A stretch of 64,000 bases of DNA from Alphaproteobacteria bacterium. GTDB taxonomy: Bacteria; Pseudomonadota; Alphaproteobacteria; JANSWW01. Made by a program: the position numbers and the translations under genes. Positions 38,126 to 48,431 of the stretch are shown here, piece by piece. The stretch is from assembly GCA_024743275.1 (NCBI GenBank), contig JANSWW010000001.1:414300-478299 (forward strand). The letters are read 5' to 3'. The notes beneath the pieces are model-generated. The model ran no database searches and had not been told where the DNA came from. It saw nothing but the letters and a program-made list of their open reading frames with translations. The first letter of the stretch is position 1, and each line of letters starts with the position of its first letter.

Positions 38126-38155
38126 TTTGATATCAAAACGATATCATTTTGATAT
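38126..38155. promoter_or_regulatory. palindromic operator-like element immediately upstream of vapB (three GATATC cores)
   Basis: TTGATATCAAAA-CGATATCA-TTTTGATATC forms a 10-bp perfect inverted repeat around a GATATC-containing spacer, adjacent to the vapB start. Confidence 0.6.
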
Positions 38156-38269
38156 CGGAGGAGTCCAACAGTTGTTGGAATATCTGCCTTCCGCGACAGC
38201 GCGGAGGCTTGGTCTCGACGGATACCGCCTGATATAAGGGGGCAAATCCAAATTCGAGGAGAGCCCGAG

Positions 38270-39517
38270 ATGAGCGTCGCCCAACCGACAGCCAACGACA
38301 CCAGCGCCCAGGCTGCCGCCCAATCAGCCAAATCCGAGGCGCGCCCCCGCTTCCAGTGGGACGATGCTCTGCTGCTCGACGACCAGCTGAACGAGGACGA
38401 GCGTATGGTGCGGGACGCCGCCCACGCCTATTGCCAGGAGAATCTCCAGACCCGGGTGCTGGAGGCCAACCGCCACGAGACCTTCCACAGGGAGATCATG
38501 AACGAGCTCGGTGAGCTCGGTTTCCTCGGCTCGACGATCGAGGGCTATGGCTGCGCCGGCGTAAACTATGTCTGTTACGGCCTCGTCGCCCGCGAGGTCG
38601 AGCGGGTCGACAGCGGCTACCGCTCGGCCATGAGCGTCCAGTCCTCCCTGGTCATGCACCCGATCCACGCCTATGGCACCGAGGAGCAGCGTCAGAAATA
38701 TCTGCCCAAGCTCGCCACCGGCGAATGGGTCGGCTGCTTCGGCCTGACGGAACCGGATCACGGTTCCGACCCGGCCGGCATGAAGACCCGCGCCAAAAAG
38801 GTCGACGGCGGCTATGTCGTCTCGGGTTCGAAGAACTGGATCACCAATTCCCCGATCGCCGACGTGTTCGTCGTCTGGGCCAAGACCGAGGACGACGTGA
38901 TCCGCGGGTTCATCCTGGAAAAGGGTATGAAGGGTCTCGATGCGCCGAAGATCGAGGGCAAGTTCTCCCTGCGTGCCTCCGTCACCGGCATGATCATGAT
39001 GGACGAGGTCTTCGTGCCGGAAGAAAACCTGCTGCCGAATGTCAGCGGTCTGAAAGGTCCGTTCGGCTGCCTCAACAAGGCCCGCTATGGCATCTCCTGG
39101 GGCGCCCTCGGCGCCGCCGAGTTCTGCTGGCAGCAGGCCCGCCAATATACCCTGGACCGCAAGCAGTTCGGCCGGCCGCTCGCCGCGACCCAGCTCATCC
39201 AGAAGAAGCTGGCCGACATGCAGACCGAGATCACCCTCGGGCTGCAGAGCGTGCTGCGCCTCGGCCGACTGATGGACGAGGGCCGGGCGGCGCCGGAGAT
39301 GATCTCCATGCTCAAGCGCAACAGCTGCGGCAAGGCGCTCGACATCGCCCGGACCGCCCGCGACATGCATGGCGGCAACGGTGTTTCCGACGAGTATCAC
39401 GTGATCCGTCACGTGATGAATCTGGAAGCGGTCAACACCTATGAGGGGACCCACGACGTCCACGCCCTGATCCTCGGCCGGGCCCAGACCGGGCTGCAGG
39501 CCTTCTCGGCCCAATAG
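38270..39517 (+). CDS. gcdH: glutaryl-CoA dehydrogenase
   Basis: 415-aa acyl-CoA dehydrogenase with three-domain architecture. Close motif agreement with GcdH (the ...[14 protein letters not shown]... segment and the C-terminal YEGTHDVH). Confidence 0.9.
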   Translation: MSVAQPTANDTSAQAAAQSAKSEARPRFQWDDALLLDDQLNEDERMVRDAAHAYCQENLQTRVLEANRHETFHREIMNELGELGFLGSTIEGYGCAGVNYVCYGLVAREVERVDSGYRSAMSVQSSLVMHPIHAYGTEEQRQKYLPKLATGEWVGCFGLTEPDHGSDPAGMKTRAKKVDGGYVVSGSKNWITNSPIADVFVVWAKTEDDVIRGFILEKGMKGLDAPKIEGKFSLRASVTGMIMMDEVFVPEENLLPNVSGLKGPFGCLNKARYGISWGALGAAEFCWQQARQYTLDRKQFGRPLAATQLIQKKLADMQTEITLGLQSVLRLGRLMDEGRAAPEMISMLKRNSCGKALDIARTARDMHGGNGVSDEYHVIRHVMNLEAVNTYEGTHDVHALILGRAQTGLQAFSAQ

Positions 39518-39528
39518 GCCTAATCCGG

Positions 39529-40095
39529 ATGTCAGCCGGGATCCGATATCTGAGGGCCCAGGCCTACAACAACGCCTGGGCCAACCATCGACTGCTGACG
39601 TCCTGCGGGAAACTATCGACGGAAGAACTCTGCGCCGAAAGGGTGGGGTTCTTTCCGTCTATCATCCTGACCCTAAACCATATCTACCTGGTCGACTGGT
39701 TCTATATCAGCGCTCTCGAAGGCGACTGTGTCGGGCGCGGGATCTTCGAGACGCCGATCCGGTATGAGACGATCGCCGATCTCAAGGCGGCACAAACGGC
39801 CATGGACCGTCGTCTGATCCAGGTTTGCGAGGCCTTCCGGACCGAGAACGATCTGGAACGGATCGTCAAACAGATCCGTATCGGATGGGTACAGGAGGAG
39901 CCAGCGGACCGGACCCTGCTCCACCTGTTCCAGCATCAGATCCATCACCGCGGACAAGCCCACGCCATGTTGGCTGAAACCTCGGTCGCACCGCCGCAAT
40001 TGGACGAGTTCTTCCTCGGGCATGAGCGGGAGCAGGAAATCCGAAAAGAGGATTTCGCAGCCCTCGGCTTCGACGAAACCGAGACCTGGCGCTGA
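39529..40095 (+). CDS. DinB/YfiT-superfamily metal-dependent protein (DinB_2-like)
   Basis: 188-aa four-helix-bundle pattern with the His triad including HQIHHRGQ. Confidence 0.7.
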   Translation: MSAGIRYLRAQAYNNAWANHRLLTSCGKLSTEELCAERVGFFPSIILTLNHIYLVDWFYISALEGDCVGRGIFETPIRYETIADLKAAQTAMDRRLIQVCEAFRTENDLERIVKQIRIGWVQEEPADRTLLHLFQHQIHHRGQAHAMLAETSVAPPQLDEFFLGHEREQEIRKEDFAALGFDETETWR

Positions 40096-40115
40096 CGGCG
40101 CCAACACCGCCGGAC

Positions 40116-40571
40116 CTATTCCGACGCGTTGAGCCTCTCGCGGCAGGCGGCGGTCAGAGCCGCCTGCTCCGCGTCGCCGAGCAGTTCGCCATTGAGGCGG
40201 AACTCCCCCCGGCGGTTGACCGTGATCTTGCCCACGGTCAGCGAATCCCCCCGGAGCAATCCCGTTCCCTCCGGCAGGCCGAAACGTTCGGCGAGATCCA
40301 CGGTGATCGGAATCTCCAACACCTCCGGCAGTTCGAACTGGACCCCGCCGCCGAGATCCGCCGGCGCCACCGCCCGGCCGCGCACATCGACGCCCGGTTG
40401 ATAAGCGACATCGCCGGACGGTTGATAGCGGACCGCACGGGCGCACTCGTCCCGTTCAATTTTGAGGAGACTGAGCGTTTCGGCCGCCGCCGAAACCACC
40501 GGGAGAGCCATAAACCCCAGGATCGACAAGAAAATTACGTGGTGCATGGCCAAAATCCCGAAAAGCTTCAA
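40116..40571 (-). CDS. hypothetical secreted/periplasmic protein
   Basis: 151 aa with an N-terminal signal peptide (ILAMHHVIFLSILGFMALPVVSAAAE). No family assigned. Confidence 0.55.
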   Translation of the reverse strand: MKLFGILAMHHVIFLSILGFMALPVVSAAAETLSLLKIERDECARAVRYQPSGDVAYQPGVDVRGRAVAPADLGGGVQFELPEVLEIPITVDLAERFGLPEGTGLLRGDSLTVGKITVNRRGEFRLNGELLGDAEQAALTAACRERLNASE

Positions 40572-40783
40572 AACCGCGACAAGCTATGCAGCATACATAC
40601 CAAACGGTCGTGAAATAAGGGCTCGACAAGACCCACTTCTTTCGGGTAGGTCTCTTATCGCTGTCGCGACACCGCCGCAGAAAAGCCCAAGTTTGGGGAG
40701 GAAAAAACCCGCGAAACGCGTGCCCAAAAGAGGCCGCGACGCGTGGCGACAACAACAATAACGACGGCGGTTCGACAGCTGTG

Positions 40784-40820
40784 AAGAAGGTGGGCTTGTC
40801 CCGCCTTCTTCTTTTTTGGC
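40784..40820 (+). terminator. orphan plus-strand rho-independent terminator (candidate sRNA 3' end)
   Basis: 12-bp stem GAAGAAGGTGGG/CCCGCCTTCTTC (one G-U pair), loop CTTGT, then TTTTTTGG. No plus-strand CDS precedes it. The flanking genes are on the minus strand, and on that strand the hairpin is not followed by a U-tract. Confidence 0.65.
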
Positions 40821-40844
40821 GGATCGCGTCACCTCCGAAACCGG

Positions 40845-41363
40845 CTAGTCCTCTCCAATCTCGGAGCGGAACGCCTTCAGATCCGCCGCCGTGCGGATAT
40901 GAACGATCCGGGCCGCCGGCGCGTTCTCCGCGATGGCTTCGGCAAGCCGCGGACGGAGGTGCCGGTGGACATACCACATCATCCGGTAGAGGCGGAAAGT
41001 GACACGCCACATGGTGCAGCCTTCCGGGGCGTCCAGGCGCCCGAGGAAAAGCGATTTGATCTGACGTTTGGTCGCCCACCAGAGATGGGTGGCGAGGGGC
41101 AGATCGACGAAAACCACCGTGTCCGACCGACGGAGCCTTTCCTCGATGGTCGCCCACGGCCCGAAGCCGTCGATGATCCATCCCTCGTCGGCCAGCCAGC
41201 GGTCATGGTGCCTGGCCACATCCTCGTCCGGGGCCTGGACCCAGCCTGGTCGCCACTGGACGAGATCGACAGCGTGATGGGGCAGACCGAGCGCCGGCGC
41301 GAGCTGCCGGCACAGGGTGGACTTCCCACCGCCGGCATTGCCGATCACAACGACACGGGTCAT
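40845..41363 (-). CDS. P-loop NTPase, adenylate-kinase/topology-modulation-like small kinase
   Basis: Walker A motif VVIGNAGGGKST near the N-terminus. About 170 aa. ATG at 41363, with an alternative GTG at 41375. Confidence 0.7.
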   Translation of the reverse strand: MTRVVVIGNAGGGKSTLCRQLAPALGLPHHAVDLVQWRPGWVQAPDEDVARHHDRWLADEGWIIDGFGPWATIEERLRRSDTVVFVDLPLATHLWWATKRQIKSLFLGRLDAPEGCTMWRVTFRLYRMMWYVHRHLRPRLAEAIAENAPAARIVHIRTAADLKAFRSEIGED

Positions 41364-41385
41364 GGCACCAATCACAGAGTCACGT

Positions 41386-41463
41386 CCCAGTCTATTTGCC
41401 CAGTCTACTTGCCCAGTCTACTTGCCCAGTCTACTTGCCCAGTCTACTTGCCCAGTCTATTCC
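41386..41463. repeat. 13-bp direct tandem repeat array (CCCAGTCTACTTG x about 6)
   Basis: Six consecutive units with starts at 41386, 41399, 41412, 41425, 41438 and 41451. The first and last are variants. The array fills the whole intergenic space between the DUF1467 stop (41457-41459, inside the last unit) and the kinase start. Confidence 0.9.
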
Positions 41464-41708
41464 CAGGGGGTCGGGGCGTCGCGGAAGGAATAGATGTCTG
41501 ACGTCACCGCCCAGTAGATCCCGGCCCAGATCACCGTCGAGATCAGCGTGGTCCAGAGGAACTTCTTGCCCAGCATCGGCCGTTCGGGCGCGCTGGTGGC
41601 GTGTCCCTCCTCCGGGTTTTCCGGCGGCCGCACGCCGATGGGCAGCATGGTGAACAGCACCACCCACCAAACGATCACGAAAACCGCGATGCCCGATACC
41701 CAACCCAT
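41457..41708 (-). CDS. DUF1467 family small membrane protein
   Basis: 83 aa, two TM helices with a Trp-rich pattern (MGWVSGIAVFVIVWWVVLF...). Sits immediately downstream of the methylmalonyl-CoA epimerase gene, as is typical in alphaproteobacteria. Confidence 0.7.
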   Translation of the reverse strand: MGWVSGIAVFVIVWWVVLFTMLPIGVRPPENPEEGHATSAPERPMLGKKFLWTTLISTVIWAGIYWAVTSDIYSFRDAPTPWE

Positions 41709-41731
41709 GTCTCGATCCTTATCGCCAGACC

Positions 41732-42136
41732 CTAGGCCTGCTCCAGTTCCGTCAACGTCCCGCTGAAGTCCTTCGGGTGAAGGAACAGCACCGGCTTGCC
41801 ATGGGCGCCGATCTTCGGCTCCCCGTCGCCCAAGACGCGGGCGCCCTCGGCCTTCAACTTGTCGCGGGCGGCCAGGATGTCGTCCACCTCGTAGCAGACA
41901 TGGTGCATCCCGCCGGACGGGTTCTTCTCGAGAAAGGCGGCGATCGGCGAGTTTTCACCCAGGGGCTCGAGAAGTTCGATCTTCGTGTTCGGAAGCTCGA
42001 TGAAGACGACCGTCACCCCATGGTCCGGTTCGGCTTGGGGCTCGGAGACCTTGGCGCCCAAGGCACCGCGATAGGTATCGGCGGCGGCCTTCAGATCCGG
42101 CACCGCGATCGCTACATGGTTCAATCGTCCGATCAT
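41732..42136 (-). CDS. mce: methylmalonyl-CoA epimerase (VOC/glyoxalase family)
   Basis: 134 aa. LNHVAIAVPDL and MHHVCYEVDDI metal-binding halves of the VOC fold. Length matches Mce. Confidence 0.8.
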   Translation of the reverse strand: MIGRLNHVAIAVPDLKAAADTYRGALGAKVSEPQAEPDHGVTVVFIELPNTKIELLEPLGENSPIAAFLEKNPSGGMHHVCYEVDDILAARDKLKAEGARVLGDGEPKIGAHGKPVLFLHPKDFSGTLTELEQA

Positions 42137-42158
42137 CTTTCCTCGACCTCCTTCTCCG

Positions 42159-43832
42159 TTAGACCCGCGCCACCTGAATGTCGGTGAGCGGTTTCAAGCC
42201 GACCTCGATCTTGACCCAGCGGCGGACCATATGGCGCACCGCCTCTTCGACCGCGTTATCGTCGCGCCGCTTGCCGCGCGGCAGATCCTCCACGAAATCG
42301 GCGATATCGTCGATCAGTTCATCTTCCAGCGCAGCGTCGTCCTCGACATCGATGTCGAGCAGCCCGAAGGACGCCACAGACGGATCCGAAAGCAGCGCGC
42401 CGTCGGCGTCCATCACCAGGGTGACGGCGATGCAGCCATTGTGGAGCAAGCGCTGCCGGTCGCGCAGCATGGTGCCGCCCAGGGGCACGAGCTTGTTGCC
42501 GGCCACCGCCAGGCGACCGGCAAAGACCTCGTCGACAACCTCCGCCACCCCTGGCGCGAGCCGCACCAGATCGCCATTGGCGATGACCAGCGTCTCCTCG
42601 ACGCCGCAGCGTTTCGCCAGCCGGGCGTGCTCGGCCTGGTGACGGTATTCGCCATGGACCGGAATCGCGATCCGCGGCTTGATGAAGCCGTACATCTTCT
42701 CGAGATCGTCCCGCGCCGGGTGACCGGACACGTGGATGAACTCGTCCCGCGCCGTGACGATGTCGATCCCCTTCATGGCGAGCCTGTTCTGCAGCCGGCC
42801 GATGGCCTTTTCGTTGCCCGGAATCTGCCGGGCCGAGAAGATCACCGTGTCCCCGGACTGGAGGCTGACGCCGGGGTGGGTGTCGCCCGCGATCCGCGTC
42901 AGCGCGGCCCGGGGCTCGCCCTGGCTGCCGGTACAGATCAGCAGCACCCGCTCGCGCGGCAGATAGCCGATCTCCTCCTCGTCGAGCAGGGCCGGCATGT
43001 CTTTCAGATAGCCGGTCGCCTTGGCGACCTTGTACATCCGGTGCAGCGAGCGGCCGACCAGACAGACACTGCGCCCATTGGCCTCCGCGGCCAGCGCGAT
43101 GGTCTCCAGACGGGCGATATTGGAGGCGAAACAGCCGACCGCCACCCGGCCGCTCTTATAGGTTCCGATGAGCTGGGTCAGGCTTTCGCGCACATCCGCT
43201 TCGGAGCCCGCGGTGCCCGCCGAGAAGACATTGGTACTGTCGCCGATCATCGCCAGCACACCTTCCTCGCCGACTTTCGCGAGGGCGGCCTCGTCGGCGG
43301 TCGGGCCGGTCAGCGGGTCCGGATCGAATTTCCAGTCGCCGGTGTGCAGCACGGTCCCCGCCTTGGTGCGGATGATCAGGCTGTTGGGCTCCGGAATCGA
43401 ATGGGTCACAGAGACGAGCTGAATGTCGAACGGCCCGGCCTGGAAGCGGCCCGAGAGATCGATGACGTTTACCTCGACCTTCTTCTCGATTCCGGTCTCC
43501 TTCAGCTTCTCGTGCAGGAACCCGGCGGTGAAGGGGGTCGCGTAGACCGGGCAGCGGAACCGTTCCCAAAGATGGGGCACGGCGCCGAGATGGTCCTCAT
43601 GGGCATGGGTGATGACCAGGCCGACCAGATCCTTCTTCCGCTCCTCGATGAACGCCGGGTCGGCCATGAAGACGTCCACGGCCGGCATGCTATCGTCGCC
43701 GAAGCTGACCCCGAGGTCGACCATTAGCCATTTGCCGGCATGGCCATAAAGATTGAGATTCATGCCGATTTCGCCGGCCCCGCCGAGGGGGAGGTAAAAC
43801 AGCGACTTATCCGAACTGTCGAGATTGGCCAT
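42159..43832 (-). CDS. rnj: ribonuclease J (metallo-beta-lactamase/beta-CASP RNase)
   Basis: Start set at ATG 43832 (MANLDSSDKSLFYLPLGGAGEIGMN). HAHEDH motif and beta-CASP region. The 84 upstream codons of the long ORF have no homology. Confidence 0.85.
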   Translation of the reverse strand: MANLDSSDKSLFYLPLGGAGEIGMNLNLYGHAGKWLMVDLGVSFGDDSMPAVDVFMADPAFIEERKKDLVGLVITHAHEDHLGAVPHLWERFRCPVYATPFTAGFLHEKLKETGIEKKVEVNVIDLSGRFQAGPFDIQLVSVTHSIPEPNSLIIRTKAGTVLHTGDWKFDPDPLTGPTADEAALAKVGEEGVLAMIGDSTNVFSAGTAGSEADVRESLTQLIGTYKSGRVAVGCFASNIARLETIALAAEANGRSVCLVGRSLHRMYKVAKATGYLKDMPALLDEEEIGYLPRERVLLICTGSQGEPRAALTRIAGDTHPGVSLQSGDTVIFSARQIPGNEKAIGRLQNRLAMKGIDIVTARDEFIHVSGHPARDDLEKMYGFIKPRIAIPVHGEYRHQAEHARLAKRCGVEETLVIANGDLVRLAPGVAEVVDEVFAGRLAVAGNKLVPLGGTMLRDRQRLLHNGCIAVTLVMDADGALLSDPSVASFGLLDIDVEDDAALEDELIDDIADFVEDLPRGKRRDDNAVEEAVRHMVRRWVKIEVGLKPLTDIQVARV

Positions 43833-43867
43833 GAGGCGTTGGATTTCTTTCGGTGTTGCGGCGCGGG

Positions 43868-44644
43868 TTACGCTTGGTCGTTCAGTCGGGCGATGGACAC
43901 CAGCCCGCGCATGGTCAGGTCCATGTCGACCGCATCGAAGCAGTCGGTGGCACCGTCGAACAGCGGGGCAAGCCCGCCGGTGGCGATCACTTTCATCTCC
44001 GGCGCGCCATACTCCTTCTTGATCCGCGCGACCAGTCCTTCCATGAGCGAGACATATCCCCAATAGGTACCGGACTTGAGACATTCAATGGTGCTGCGAC
44101 CGATAACCCGCTCCGGCGGTTCGATGGCGACCCGGGGCAGGAGCGCCGCCGCCGCCCGAAGAGCGTCCACGGAGAGCCGCACGCCCGGTGCGATCGACCC
44201 GCCGCAATAGGCCCCATCCTCGTCCACGACGTCGAAGGTCGTCGCGGTGCCCAGGTCGACGACGATACACGGCCCGCCATAGACGATATGGGCGGCCAGC
44301 GCGTTGATCAGCCGGTCGGCCCCGACCTCCTCCGGCCGGTCAACCTTGGCGACGGCCCCGTGCTTCATTTCCGATCGGCCGAAGGTCATCGGCTCGATCT
44401 TGAAGAAGGTCCGGCACAGGGTTTCGAGATCCTGGGTCGTGTTCGGCACCACGGAGGCGATGATCGCCGCGGTCACGTCGGCCCGGGTGAAGTTCTCCAG
44501 GGCCAGAAGCTGCGAGATCCAAACAGCATACTCGTCCGCCGTCCGCTTGGGGTCCGTCGCGATCCGCCAATGACCGCGCTGCGTCTCGCCGTCATAGAGC
44601 GCGAATTTGATGTTGGTGTTGTTCGAGTTGATCGCGAGGAGCAT
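43868..44644 (-). CDS. coaX: type III pantothenate kinase
   Basis: 258 aa. N-terminal MLLAINSNNTNIKFAL (ASKHA fold phosphate-1 motif) and C-terminal GGxA motifs. Confidence 0.85.
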   Translation of the reverse strand: MLLAINSNNTNIKFALYDGETQRGHWRIATDPKRTADEYAVWISQLLALENFTRADVTAAIIASVVPNTTQDLETLCRTFFKIEPMTFGRSEMKHGAVAKVDRPEEVGADRLINALAAHIVYGGPCIVVDLGTATTFDVVDEDGAYCGGSIAPGVRLSVDALRAAAALLPRVAIEPPERVIGRSTIECLKSGTYWGYVSLMEGLVARIKKEYGAPEMKVIATGGLAPLFDGATDCFDAVDMDLTMRGLVSIARLNDQA

Positions 44645-44659
44645 GGAAGTCCACCAGGT

Positions 44660-45412
44660 TCAGGCCGCCGTAGGGAATATCACGTCCCCGGCCAAAATAC
44701 GGCGTTTTTCGCCTTGCTGATCGAGCAACAACGCCCCGTCCGTATCCAGGCCCTCGAAGCGTCCCGTTTGCCGCCCTTCCCCCGCGGCCACATCGACGGT
44801 GGTGCCCAAACCAAACGCCATCGCGACCCATCGGGCACGCACCGGTTCGAAGCCGTATCGTTCCCAGCGGGAATACCATTCCCCGAAGGCGACGAGCACC
44901 TCGTCACAGATCCGGGCCGTCAGCGACGGATCGGCCTCCGGCGCCAGGGCCGCCGCCGGGGTCCGCACCCGGTCATCCGTCGGTGCGTGCAGCACATTGA
45001 CGCCGACCCCGATCACCAAACCGTCGTCGCCGGCGGTCTCCAACAGAATCCCGGAGATCTTGCGACCGTCGAGCAGCAGATCGTTGGGCCATTTGACCGC
45101 GATCCGGCCCGCCGTGTGCCGGTCCAGCACTTCGGCAAGGGCAACCGCGGTGAGGAAGGAGAGTTCGGCCCAGCGGGCCTTGGGGGCAACCGGGCGTTTC
45201 AAGAAGGAGAGATAAAGATTGCCCTCCGGCGATTCCCATGCCCGTCCCTCGCGCCCCTTGCCGCCGGTCTGGCGGACGGCACGCAGGGCCGCCCCGTCCG
45301 GCGCCCCCGCCTCGGCCCGGGCCTTGAGATCGGCATTGGTGCTCTCCGAAACGGGAAGGACGGTCAACGCCGCCCAGGCGACCGTGCGGCAGTCCTCCCT
45401 GCGCCATTCCAC
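44660..45412 (-). CDS. birA: biotin--[acetyl-CoA-carboxylase] ligase
   Basis: The BirA catalytic core GRxGRxW is present as GGKGREGRAW, followed by KWPNDLLLDGRKISGILLE. The start is uncertain. GTG 45412 was chosen because the longer ORF would overlap nuoN. Confidence 0.8.
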   Translation of the reverse strand: MEWRREDCRTVAWAALTVLPVSESTNADLKARAEAGAPDGAALRAVRQTGGKGREGRAWESPEGNLYLSFLKRPVAPKARWAELSFLTAVALAEVLDRHTAGRIAVKWPNDLLLDGRKISGILLETAGDDGLVIGVGVNVLHAPTDDRVRTPAAALAPEADPSLTARICDEVLVAFGEWYSRWERYGFEPVRARWVAMAFGLGTTVDVAAGEGRQTGRFEGLDTDGALLLDQQGEKRRILAGDVIFPTAA

Positions 45413-45428
45413 CTGGCGGCTGTCGGAC

Positions 45429-46874
45429 CTATCCGCCAAACAATACGCTCGCCGCCTGGGCCGCCCCGTCGACGATCGGCGACGGCCAGATGAAGAAGAA
45501 CAGGGTGACGAAGGCGGTGACCGCCATGATCGCCTTGGTCTCGCGCGGCATGTCGTCGTCGATCGGTTCGACCGGCGCATCGAAATACATCACCTTGATG
45601 ATGCGCAAATAATAGAAGGCCCCGATCACGCTGGCGATCACGCCGAGAATGGCCAAGGTGACCAGCCCCGCCTCGATCGCCGCCGAGAAGACATAGAGCT
45701 TGGAGAAGAAGCCGGCGAGCGGCGGAATGCCGGCCATGGAGAACATGAAGATGGTGAGCGCCAGCGCCATGCCCGGGCTGGTCTTGGACAGTCCCGCCAG
45801 ATCGTTGATGCCCTCGACCATCCGTCCTTGCTGACGCATCGACAGGATGATGGCGAAGGTGCCGACATTCATGAAAAGATAGATGGCCATATAGATCATG
45901 ACGCCGCGAATGCCGGTTTCCGTCCCGGCCGCGAGCCCGACCAGGGCGAAGCCCATATGACCGATTGAGCTATAGGCCATCAGGCGTTTGATGTTGGTTT
46001 GCGCGATGGCGGCGATCGACCCCAGCGCCATGGAAAGGATCGAGATCAGGATCACCACCTGCTGCCAGGCCTCGATGGCCTCCCCGAAGGGCGAGATCAT
46101 GACCCGGGAGAACAGCGCGATGGCGGCGATCTTCGGGGCGACGGCGAAGAGCGCCGTCACCGGGGTCGGCGCGCCCTCGTAGACGTCCGGCGTCCACATG
46201 TGGAACGGCGCGGCGGAAACCTTGAAGGCGAGGCCGGCCATCAGGAAGACGATCCCGATGACGAGGCCGGTGCTCACCCCACCCGCCGCGACGGCGGCGG
46301 CGATGGCGTCGAAATTGGTCGAGCCGGTGAAGCCGTAGATCATCGAGCAGCCATAGAGCAGCATACCCGAGGAGAGCGCGCCCAGAACGAAGTATTTGAG
46401 GCCCGCCTCGGTCGACCGCAGGCTGTCCCGGCGGATCGAAGCGACGACATAGAGCGGCAGGCTCTGCAGTTCGAGCGCGATATAGAGCGACATCAGGTCG
46501 TTGGCCGACACCATCATCATCATGCCGAGCGAGGCGTAGAGGATGAGGATCGGGAATTCGAAGCGGATGATCTGCTCCCGCTCCATGAAGTCGACCGACA
46601 TCACCACGGCCAGCGCCGCCCCCAACAAAATGAAGAGCTTGGCGTAATGGGCGAAAGCGTCCGAGATGAACAGCCCGTTCATCGCGATCTCCGGCTCGCC
46701 GGTGCTGCCGAAGACATAAAGCATGGCCGCCGCGGTGATCAGCGCGAACACCGTGAGCCATGACACCTGGCGCATCGACTTGTCGCCGATGAAAACCCCG
46801 TAGATCAGCAACCCCATGCCGACCACGGCGAGGAAGATCTCCGGCAGGACCGTCTGGATATCCGAGATGAGCAT
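45429..46874 (-). CDS. nuoN: NADH-quinone oxidoreductase subunit N
   Basis: 481-aa antiporter-like subunit, last gene of the nuo operon. Confidence 0.9.
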   Translation of the reverse strand: MLISDIQTVLPEIFLAVVGMGLLIYGVFIGDKSMRQVSWLTVFALITAAAMLYVFGSTGEPEIAMNGLFISDAFAHYAKLFILLGAALAVVMSVDFMEREQIIRFEFPILILYASLGMMMMVSANDLMSLYIALELQSLPLYVVASIRRDSLRSTEAGLKYFVLGALSSGMLLYGCSMIYGFTGSTNFDAIAAAVAAGGVSTGLVIGIVFLMAGLAFKVSAAPFHMWTPDVYEGAPTPVTALFAVAPKIAAIALFSRVMISPFGEAIEAWQQVVILISILSMALGSIAAIAQTNIKRLMAYSSIGHMGFALVGLAAGTETGIRGVMIYMAIYLFMNVGTFAIILSMRQQGRMVEGINDLAGLSKTSPGMALALTIFMFSMAGIPPLAGFFSKLYVFSAAIEAGLVTLAILGVIASVIGAFYYLRIIKVMYFDAPVEPIDDDMPRETKAIMAVTAFVTLFFFIWPSPIVDGAAQAASVLFGG

Positions 46875-46904
46875 CGTTCAGTCTCTCCTAAGCCCGTCCG
46901 GCCG

Positions 46905-48425
46905 TCACTTGAGCGCTGTCGTCACGCCGCCGGTGGCGGCGTCGAGCGCGGTTTGATAGTTGCCGATGAGGTTCTCGACCGAGACCGCCATCACATCGAG
47001 GAAGGTCGCGGGATATATCCCCATCCACAGGGTCAGCACCACCAGCGGGGCGAAGATCGCGATCTCGCGGACATTCATGTCCTTCATGGCCCGGACATCG
47101 TCCTTGGTGATCACCCCGAAGACGATCCGGCGGTAGAGCCACAGCATATAGGCGGCCCCCAGCACCATCCCGCTCGCGGCCAGCAACGCGACCCAGGTAT
47201 TGACCTGGAAGGCGCCGAGCAGCGTCAGGAATTCGCCGACGAAGCCGGCCGTTCCCGGCAGTCCGACCGAGGCGAGGGTGAAGACCATGAAGACGATGGC
47301 GTATTTCGGCATGGTGTTGACCAGGCCACCATAGCGCTCGATCTCCCGCGTGTGCAGCCGGTCATAGACCACGCCGACACATAGGAAGAGCGCCGCCGAG
47401 ACGATGCCATGGCTCAGCATCTGGAAGATCGCGCCTTCCATACCCTGCTGGGTCACGGTGAACACGCCCATGGTCACGAAGCCCATATGGGCGACCGACG
47501 AATAGGCGATCAGCTTCTTCATGTCTTGCTGAGCGAGCGCCACCAGCGAGGTGTAGATCACCGCGACGACGCTCAGGGTGAAGACGAAGGGCGTGAAGAA
47601 GTCGGATGCTTCCGGCATCATCGGCACCGAGAAGCGGATGAAGCCGTAGCCCCCCATTTTCAACAGCACGCCCGCCAGGATGACCGACCCCGCCGTCGGC
47701 GCCTCGACGTGGGCGTCCGGCAGCCAGGTGTGAACCGGCCACATCGGCACCTTCACGGCGAAGGAGGCGAAGAAGGCGAGCCACAGCCAGTATTGGACCG
47801 CCGTCGGGAAGGTGGTGGTCAGCAGCGTCGGGATGTCGGTGCTGTTCGCCTGCCAGGCCATGGCGAGGATCGCCAGCAGCATGAGGACCGACCCGAGCAG
47901 CGTGTAGAGGAAGAACTTGAACGCCGCATAGACCCGGCGCGGGCCGCCCCACACGCCGATGATCAGGAACATCGGGATCAGCACGCCCTCGAAGAAGATG
48001 TAGAAGAGGACGATGTCCAGGGCGCAGAACATGCCGACCATGAAGGTCTCGAGGACCAGGAAGGCGATCATGTATTCCTTGACCCGGTCCTTCACCGACT
48101 CCCAGCTCGCCAGCACGCAGATCGGCGTTAGCAGCGTCGAGAGCAGAACGAAGAACATGGAAATCCCGTCCACGCCCATGTGGTAGGACAGGCCCCATTC
48201 CGGCATCCAGTCGACCTTCTCGACCATCTGGAAATCGGCGGTGGTGTAGTCGAAATTCACCCAGATCAACAGCGAGAGCGCGAAGGTGATCAGCGAGGTC
48301 CAGAGCGCCACCGCCTTGGCGTTGCGCGCTTCGACTTCCGCGTCGCCGCGGATCATCAAAATGAACAGCGCCCCCACCAGCGGCAGGAAGGTAACGAGGC
48401 TCAGAAGAGGCCAGGTCGCAGTCAT
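46905..48425 (-). CDS. nuoM: NADH-quinone oxidoreductase subunit M
   Basis: 506-aa antiporter-like subunit. Confidence 0.9.
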   Translation of the reverse strand: MTATWPLLSLVTFLPLVGALFILMIRGDAEVEARNAKAVALWTSLITFALSLLIWVNFDYTTADFQMVEKVDWMPEWGLSYHMGVDGISMFFVLLSTLLTPICVLASWESVKDRVKEYMIAFLVLETFMVGMFCALDIVLFYIFFEGVLIPMFLIIGVWGGPRRVYAAFKFFLYTLLGSVLMLLAILAMAWQANSTDIPTLLTTTFPTAVQYWLWLAFFASFAVKVPMWPVHTWLPDAHVEAPTAGSVILAGVLLKMGGYGFIRFSVPMMPEASDFFTPFVFTLSVVAVIYTSLVALAQQDMKKLIAYSSVAHMGFVTMGVFTVTQQGMEGAIFQMLSHGIVSAALFLCVGVVYDRLHTREIERYGGLVNTMPKYAIVFMVFTLASVGLPGTAGFVGEFLTLLGAFQVNTWVALLAASGMVLGAAYMLWLYRRIVFGVITKDDVRAMKDMNVREIAIFAPLVVLTLWMGIYPATFLDVMAVSVENLIGNYQTALDAATGGVTTALK

Positions 48426-48431
48426 GTCTCG

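Noticed and set aside
40899-41501. 200-aa plus-strand ORF reading through the 13-bp tandem repeat
   Set aside because: It is antisense to the kinase gene. Its repeat-derived C-terminus (CPVYLPSLLAQST x n) is an artefact of translating the tandem repeat.
42231-45493. Long plus-strand ORFs (42231-43727, 43853-45493) opposite rnj, coaX and birA
   Set aside because: Antisense to three well-supported genes. Compositionally biased translations.
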